From: a virus
Taxonomy: Duplodnaviria; Caudoviricetes
Direction: 5' to 3' (one strand)
Length of the DNA stretch: 64,000 bases
IMG/VR virus record: IMGVR_UViG_3300036546_000172
Location: 64,001-128,000 of that record
Shown: positions 58,171-64,000 of the stretch, piece by piece
How positions within the stretch are numbered: the first letter of the stretch is position 1
Layout: each line of letters begins with the position of its first letter
Notes under the pieces: model-generated
Seen by the model: only the letters and a program-made list of their open reading frames with translations
Told to the model about the DNA's origin: nothing
Databases searched by the model: none
Program-made: the position numbers and the translations under genes

Positions 58171-58228
58171 TGGAGTGGTTGAGTCTCTATTGTCGCTGTA
58201 ATCCTGTGTTGAGTGTTGAGGTAATAAA

Positions 58229-59326
58229 ATGCGTAAACTAGTAACTATCCGAGAAGTTAAAGAAGTTCGACCAATTGAAAAGGCTGATGCTATTGAGTGC
58301 ATTAGTGTTGATGGATGGACCGTTGTTTCAAAGAAGGGTGAATTTCAACCTGGAGACAAATGTGTCTTCTTTGAAATTGACTCCTTTCTCCCTGCCGATG
58401 ACGAAAGATATGCTTTTCTCATTAAGGGTGGTGTGAAGAAAGATCCATCCGGAAAAGAAAGGATTCGACTGAAAACAGTTAAACTACGAGGTCAGTTGTC
58501 TCAAGGTTTGGCACTACCAATTAAGCTATTCCCCGAGTTGAAATATTTTCTTCAAGGTGAAGATGTTTCTAGTGCTCTTAATGTAATCAAATATGAAAGG
58601 CCAGAACCAAAAACGGCAAATGCCGCTGGTCATTTCCCTGACTTTATTAAGAAAACCGATGAAGAACGTATTCAAAATGTCTATGATGACTTCAAAGAGT
58701 TGTATAAGAATACAGACTACTACGCAACAATGAAATTGGATGGGTCTTCATGTACTGTGGCATTTTTGAACCAAAATATGTCATGGCACTGGAGAAATGA
58801 ACCCGAATATGAAGTCATCAAAGATTCTAATAAGATCGGGGAATTCAAAGTTTGCTCACGGAATCTTGAATTGAAACCCGACCCAGAGTCTCACTTCTAC
58901 AAAGCAGTATTGTCTGGTGGTATTGTAGACAAGGCTCGTCTGATTTCAAAAGAACTTGGGTGTTCGGTTGCTATCCAAGGTGAAGTGATGGGGCCAGGTA
59001 TTCAAGGTAACAAAGATAAGTTTAATGACTATCAGTTTTTTGCATTCAATATCTTCAACATTGACAAGCAAGAATACTTACCGTATGCATTTGTTTTGGA
59101 ACTTTTCAATTACTTTGGGGTTCAACAAGTACCACTGATCACACAAAATAAAATTAAACCATTTACTTTGTTTGGTACTCTTGGTAGTATGTTGGACTAT
59201 GCGGATGGTTACAGTATCAATTCAGATTGCCGAGAGGGTATTGTAATGAAGCCTGCATGTGGAGCATCTGGAGAAAGTTTCAAAATTGTTTCAAACAGAT
59301 TTTTGATGAAAGGTGGTGATGAATGA
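58229..59326 (+). CDS. RNA ligase (DRB0094/Rnl2-like family)
   Basis: FEIDSFLP, KTDEERIQN, KLDGSS, QGEVMGPGIQ, EGIV and FKIVSN. Confidence 0.9.
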   Translation: MRKLVTIREVKEVRPIEKADAIECISVDGWTVVSKKGEFQPGDKCVFFEIDSFLPADDERYAFLIKGGVKKDPSGKERIRLKTVKLRGQLSQGLALPIKLFPELKYFLQGEDVSSALNVIKYERPEPKTANAAGHFPDFIKKTDEERIQNVYDDFKELYKNTDYYATMKLDGSSCTVAFLNQNMSWHWRNEPEYEVIKDSNKIGEFKVCSRNLELKPDPESHFYKAVLSGGIVDKARLISKELGCSVAIQGEVMGPGIQGNKDKFNDYQFFAFNIFNIDKQEYLPYAFVLELFNYFGVQQVPLITQNKIKPFTLFGTLGSMLDYADGYSINSDCREGIVMKPACGASGESFKIVSNRFLMKGGDE

Positions 59327-59422
59327 AAATTCAAATGGTACTTTATCCGAGTGAAGGTTCACCGGAAATTGTATCTAATGTTGATGTTCTTGCATATTGC
59401 GAATAAACCAAGAGGAAGTAAC

Positions 59423-59701
59423 ATGTCCGATATTATTGTACCAAGTTCACCAGCCGACCTGGAAGCGATCAACAAGGTAATGAAAGATATTTCTGACTCC
59501 ATGACTCGTGCTGAATCAGAAGCTGAGTACCAGAAAGAGACGTTCAAAGAACTTGAAGAGAAGTACGGCATTAAAGCCAAGCACTTCCGTCGAATGGCGA
59601 AAGATTATCACAAGGATGAGTTCGATCGTAAGGTAGACGAACAAGAAGGATATCAAAGCCTGTATGAAAGTGTGTTTGAAACTAACTTCAACGGAGACTG
59701 A
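59423..59701 (+). CDS. dsbA: double-stranded DNA-binding protein DsbA
   Basis: Size, sequence pattern (EKYGI...RMAKDYHK) and T4-like context. Confidence 0.7.
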   Translation: MSDIIVPSSPADLEAINKVMKDISDSMTRAESEAEYQKETFKELEEKYGIKAKHFRRMAKDYHKDEFDRKVDEQEGYQSLYESVFETNFNGD

Positions 59702-59780
59702 TCATCAAAAATGGGTTGAAATAAAGACTCATTGTTCATATAATATCCTCATTGGTTAAGCTGATGAGGATATTTTTGTT

Positions 59781-60320
59781 ATGAAAGCTACACAGATTCA
59801 CGAGTTTCAAAAACGCGTATTGGATGTCCTGGAAATGGCTCATGAGCTGTACTCCATAGGTGATCTGATGTACACTGAGATTCGTTTTGATCTTAAAGGA
59901 CAGTGTGCCGGTCAAGCTATGATTCAAGGCAGTCGGTTGATTCTCAGATTCAACCAGGAAGCCATGGAGAAGGATTGGGATGATATGTTCAATGACACCA
60001 TTCCTCATGAAGTAGCTCATCTGGTGTGCTTTAAGCGCCCGGAACTCGGCAGAAATCACAACCGTGGCTGGAAAGAGGTGTGTCGGTCACTGGGCGGGGC
60101 TGGGGATCGTTGTCATAAGATTGAGTTGTCACCGGGCAAGAAGCTAACCCGATTCCTGTACGTGTTAGAGGATGGCACTGAGGTAAAACTCACTAAAAAT
60201 GCACATACCAAAGTGCAGAATAATCCAGGTCAGTTGTTCATGAGAGCAGCACACACCAAATCTAGGAAGAGAATTGATCTTCACCCTCATCATTTCGTTA
60301 AGAAGATGATCATCAAGTAG
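59781..60320 (+). CDS. SprT-like metalloprotease
   Basis: PHEVAH...H.RGWK. Confidence 0.85.
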   Translation: MKATQIHEFQKRVLDVLEMAHELYSIGDLMYTEIRFDLKGQCAGQAMIQGSRLILRFNQEAMEKDWDDMFNDTIPHEVAHLVCFKRPELGRNHNRGWKEVCRSLGGAGDRCHKIELSPGKKLTRFLYVLEDGTEVKLTKNAHTKVQNNPGQLFMRAAHTKSRKRIDLHPHHFVKKMIIK

Positions 60321-60390
60321 TTGCATCAGCCACGGATGGCTTCTATAATGATTACATCAAATGAAGACTTAATTGAAGAGGTACTATATC

Positions 60391-60726
60391 ATGAACAAAT
60401 CACGTAAAGACGCTGCTCGTATGATGAGAGTCGATGATAAGGTGGATGTGACTACATCCACCGGAGTGGTTCGCGGTAGCATCATCAAAATTAAAGGACC
60501 TTGGATCACAGTACGCACGAATATCGGAGACTTAAAAAAGTCGTATGTTAATGTACGACCAACTGAGCAGTACAGCACCGATCTCGTCATATCTCGCACA
60601 GAGGGTATGTCATCTGATGAAGCGCTAGATGTTATAGAAGCACTGTATCACCATCAGTATATCAACCGCAGTACTTGTGTAAGCGCTTGTTATCGCAGGA
60701 TGACTTGCGACCCATACCAGTATTAA
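60391..60726 (+). CDS. hypothetical protein
   Basis: Own promoter and GAGG RBS. Confidence 0.6.
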   Translation: MNKSRKDAARMMRVDDKVDVTTSTGVVRGSIIKIKGPWITVRTNIGDLKKSYVNVRPTEQYSTDLVISRTEGMSSDEALDVIEALYHHQYINRSTCVSACYRRMTCDPYQY

Positions 60727-60746
60727 GACTATCTGAGGAGTTTGTA

Positions 60747-62936
60747 ATGAAGCTGGCAGAAACAACCCGTGAAGTGATCACCAACACTGACAACAAGCAT
60801 GACTTCCGCATTCAAGCTAATGCGAAGATGTTTCAGATCTTGTCATCTAAGATCTATTCTTATCCGTTAGCTGCTATTGTTCGTGAGATTAGCTGCAACG
60901 CTTATGATGCGCACGTAGAAGCTGGTAAGTCAGATGTGCCGTTTCGTGTAGTGTTACCAAACGATCTGCACCCGTACTTTGAAATCGAAGACTTCGGTAT
61001 TGGTCTCAGTGAAGATGGTGTGTATGAAGTCTATACCGAATATGGTAATTCCACCAAGACCGACAGCAACGATGTCATTGGCGCACTAGGTCTCGGTTCT
61101 AAGACTCCATTTGCTTATACCACGACTTTCACCATTCAAACCAGAAAGGACGGTGTTGAGTGTCTGTTTAACGCTTACATTGGTGATAATGGCGCACCAT
61201 CAGTATCTTTGTTGCGTAAACGCGATACAGACGAGTCTAATGGAGTCAAGATTAAGATTCCTGTCAAGTCAGGTCAAGAAGATCTATTTCGTAAGGAATG
61301 TGAATTCATCCTGAGCTTCTTCCCTGTCAGGCCAAACGTGGTTGGCAATTCATCGTTCAATTTCAGTCTCTCAGAAGAAGACGCAACATCGATTCATAAC
61401 GGTGACATGACCGTGGTGGATGTTAGTAATGTGGTATCTGAACTTTATCGCTCGCGTCGTCTGTATGCGGTCATGGGCACGGTGTGTTATCCAATTGCTA
61501 TGCTTGACATTGCTGACATGGATGACAAATTATATCGTTATCTTGAGCAAGTAGTGCTTGAGGGTCGTCATTCGAATGCGGCGTTTGTGAACTTCAACAT
61601 TGGAGACTTAGAAGTCAGCGCCTCTCGTGAAGGTCTGTCTATTGAAGATGGTAAGAGCACCAAAAAGACACTGGTTCAGCGGTTCTCAGATGCTGTGACA
61701 TCTCTCATCGATAAGGATAAAGAGCTGATTGAACATTGCACACACCCCAACCAGGCACTGAAGGTACTGAAGGACAAGTATGGTGATGTGTTATCCTTGG
61801 TAGCTGGGCAATTCAAGTACCAAGGACGAACGCTGGATAAGCTGGTACAGAGACAGATGAAGTCTCCGTACGATGAGGTGTATTATAGCGCAGAATCTCG
61901 ACACTGGTGGTCTTCTAGCAATAAAGTGAATAAAACCTACAGCTGTCGTGCAGTAAACATCATTTCTACAGGGTATGTGATCTTAACAGCACGTGATAAG
62001 AAAACTCGCGGGTGGATCAAGCATGCACGAGAGGTGGCTAAAGATAACCATGGACTGCATATTGTATGCACTGAGAAAGCCTGGACTCAGCATCAGATTG
62101 ATCGTTATATTCAGTACATAGGCTTTGAACCCAAAGAGATCGTTTACCTTGAAGATCTGAAGGATACTCCGGTTGCAGTAGCTAAGAAGAAAGCCAAGAG
62201 ACCACCAAAGCAAAAACAGGAGGTGACGGCGTGCAGCTTCGTGGTATCAAAGACAGGTGTACAGTATCAGTCACAAAAGAGATTGGATATTGATGAGTTG
62301 AGAAAGGATTATTCGATCTTCTATGCCACTCGATCTGATTCACTACCTAGGTCTATGGTTCAAACAGATTTCGACGGATATTCTACACTCTCTGATGATA
62401 TTCTGCGAGCACTTACAATGTTCACCGGAGATATGATCATTGTTCTCAAGAACGATAAGAACACAAAATCTATTGAGTACAATGATATTAAGCCCCTGAC
62501 AGGCGAGCTTGAACGCATCAGAGACAATCATAGCCAAGAAGTGCGTGATTTCATGGAGGTGACTCAGTGGTTCACTACATCGAACAGCTATCTTCACTTC
62601 AAATCAGAGTTCATTGAATGTGCGCGGCTGGCTAAATCACCGGTATTGCCTCGGAGAATGCATGATCTGTATGAGCGTGGAACAGAGCTTATTGATCAGG
62701 TACAGCAGTACAGCACAGTAACCAGCTATCGTTTTTTGTCTAGTCTAACAACTATAGATACAGTAGATGCTGAAAATGAAGAGAGTGAACTTGTAAGTCA
62801 ATTGAAGCGAGCGTACCCAATGCTTCACTATGTCAACGGATACCGTCTTAATCCTGAGACGGTAGGTTGCCTCGACACTGAAAGGGTACTACAATATATG
62901 AACCTGGTCGATAGCCAGAACAACCATGAGGAATAA
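60747..62936 (+). CDS. rIIA: rIIA protein
   Basis: KMFQILSSKIYS, REISCNAYDAH, DFGIG, STK and GALGLGSK (GHKL-type ATPase). Confidence 0.93.
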   Translation: MKLAETTREVITNTDNKHDFRIQANAKMFQILSSKIYSYPLAAIVREISCNAYDAHVEAGKSDVPFRVVLPNDLHPYFEIEDFGIGLSEDGVYEVYTEYGNSTKTDSNDVIGALGLGSKTPFAYTTTFTIQTRKDGVECLFNAYIGDNGAPSVSLLRKRDTDESNGVKIKIPVKSGQEDLFRKECEFILSFFPVRPNVVGNSSFNFSLSEEDATSIHNGDMTVVDVSNVVSELYRSRRLYAVMGTVCYPIAMLDIADMDDKLYRYLEQVVLEGRHSNAAFVNFNIGDLEVSASREGLSIEDGKSTKKTLVQRFSDAVTSLIDKDKELIEHCTHPNQALKVLKDKYGDVLSLVAGQFKYQGRTLDKLVQRQMKSPYDEVYYSAESRHWWSSSNKVNKTYSCRAVNIISTGYVILTARDKKTRGWIKHAREVAKDNHGLHIVCTEKAWTQHQIDRYIQYIGFEPKEIVYLEDLKDTPVAVAKKKAKRPPKQKQEVTACSFVVSKTGVQYQSQKRLDIDELRKDYSIFYATRSDSLPRSMVQTDFDGYSTLSDDILRALTMFTGDMIIVLKNDKNTKSIEYNDIKPLTGELERIRDNHSQEVRDFMEVTQWFTTSNSYLHFKSEFIECARLAKSPVLPRRMHDLYERGTELIDQVQQYSTVTSYRFLSSLTTIDTVDAENEESELVSQLKRAYPMLHYVNGYRLNPETVGCLDTERVLQYMNLVDSQNNHEE

Positions 62937-62938
62937 TT

Positions 62939-63937
62939 ATGCCAGTTCAATGTTTGGATTTTGAAGATAAACAAGACATCTATGATGAAATGATGTCTGA
63001 AGATGCACCGTCTATTGCAGCTATGGCTGTCAGCTATGCTGTATCGCGGTCTACTATTCGTCGAGTGATAGATGAGATGGCTGACCAAGTTGTACAGGTC
63101 AGTGAACATGAGGTGCCACTTGTGGACGATGCTTTGAACAACGAGCATGTATCGTACACCTATGTAATGACACCTGATTCGATCTCTATTACACGTGTAA
63201 CTGATGACGATGTAGATACAGCGAACATCGACGATACGCACGATCACTTCGAAATGGTGTTTCAGATGATTGTGAGTGATCCACGTAATCAAGACATTCT
63301 GGATCAAGCGTTTCATCTAGTTAGCAAGAAGCACCACATTGAGTCTATGACACGTGGACGTATCACCGTCATTCCAGAAGAAAATCGACTGGTGTGCAAA
63401 GATGGTGACATTGAGCGTGATTTCAATGGTCGATTGGTTCAGCGTATGATTGAAGCTGTGTCTCAGAACGACGAGACCGCTATCAACGGATTGTTCGCAT
63501 TCACCGAACGTCTGGCACAGAATCCGTCCTTCCGTGCTGTCAATGAGCTCTACGACTTCCTAGAAGCTGTTGACATCAAGATCAATGAGAAGGGAATGGT
63601 GGAGTGCTTCAAAAAGGTGAAATCTGATTTCACTGACGTGTATACAGGCACCATGGATAACAGCGTAGGCCAAACGGTATCCGTGCCGCGCAACATGGTA
63701 GATGAAGACAGTGATCGTACATGCTCCTACGGGCTTCACGTATGCTCATATTCATATCTTGGTTCATACCCAGGTGATGTGATTCTGAAGGTATTGGTGG
63801 ATCCGGCTGATTTCGTGGCGATCCCTAAAGATTACTACTCGCTAAACGGATCCAACCAGGTGAAGGCTAAAGCTCGCGTATGTAAGTATGAAGTAGTGCA
63901 GGATGTTTCTAGCTCATTCGATCACAACTACTTTTAA
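62939..63937 (+). CDS. rIIB: rIIB protein
   Basis: N-terminal HTH, NPSFRAV, TCSYGLHVCS, DPADFV and ARVCKYEV. Confidence 0.93.
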   Translation: MPVQCLDFEDKQDIYDEMMSEDAPSIAAMAVSYAVSRSTIRRVIDEMADQVVQVSEHEVPLVDDALNNEHVSYTYVMTPDSISITRVTDDDVDTANIDDTHDHFEMVFQMIVSDPRNQDILDQAFHLVSKKHHIESMTRGRITVIPEENRLVCKDGDIERDFNGRLVQRMIEAVSQNDETAINGLFAFTERLAQNPSFRAVNELYDFLEAVDIKINEKGMVECFKKVKSDFTDVYTGTMDNSVGQTVSVPRNMVDEDSDRTCSYGLHVCSYSYLGSYPGDVILKVLVDPADFVAIPKDYYSLNGSNQVKAKARVCKYEVVQDVSSSFDHNYF

Positions 63938-64000
63938 TTAACAGGAGCGCCAAATGGACATATACTCGTACGTGAAGAATGTTCTCATCACTGAGAACCC

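Noticed and set aside
6313-63316. Numerous antisense or alternate-frame ORFs (for example 6313-6900, 13341-13808, 31992-32501, 55969-56559, 62828-63316)
   Set aside because: They lie fully within well-supported + strand genes and have no recognisable motifs

Overview
A 64-kb segment of a T4-like (myovirus-type) phage genome, almost all on the + strand. It carries the replication/recombination core: uvsY, uvsW, gp55, gp47/46, gp45/44/62, regA, a Pif1/Dda-like helicase, gp43, uvsX, gp41, dsbA and rIIA/B. There are three inteins: split inteins in UvsW and UvsX, and a contiguous mini-intein in the DNA polymerase. Other elements are two free-standing HNH endonucleases, an RNA-repair trio plus a second RNA ligase, a complete 7-deazaguanine DNA-modification cluster (queE, queD, folE, dpdA-like, formyltransferase, kinase, queF, queC, amidotransferase), an NAD-reconstitution-like pair with an inserted macrodomain gene, and a 3.6-kb patch of shuffled short-module ORFs. 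The tRNA region (about 25.9-28.9 kb) is the most novel-looking part. It holds 11 tRNAs (a 12th lies after regA), a tRNA-Arg-like RNA with both arms extended, tRNA fragments, several unannotated structured RNAs including a ~385-nt RNA closed by a perfect 24-bp stem, and a leader-peptide transcription attenuator directly upstream of the tRNA array. That attenuator would switch on phage tRNAs when translation stalls. All calls come from reading the sequence; no database searches or folding programs were run.
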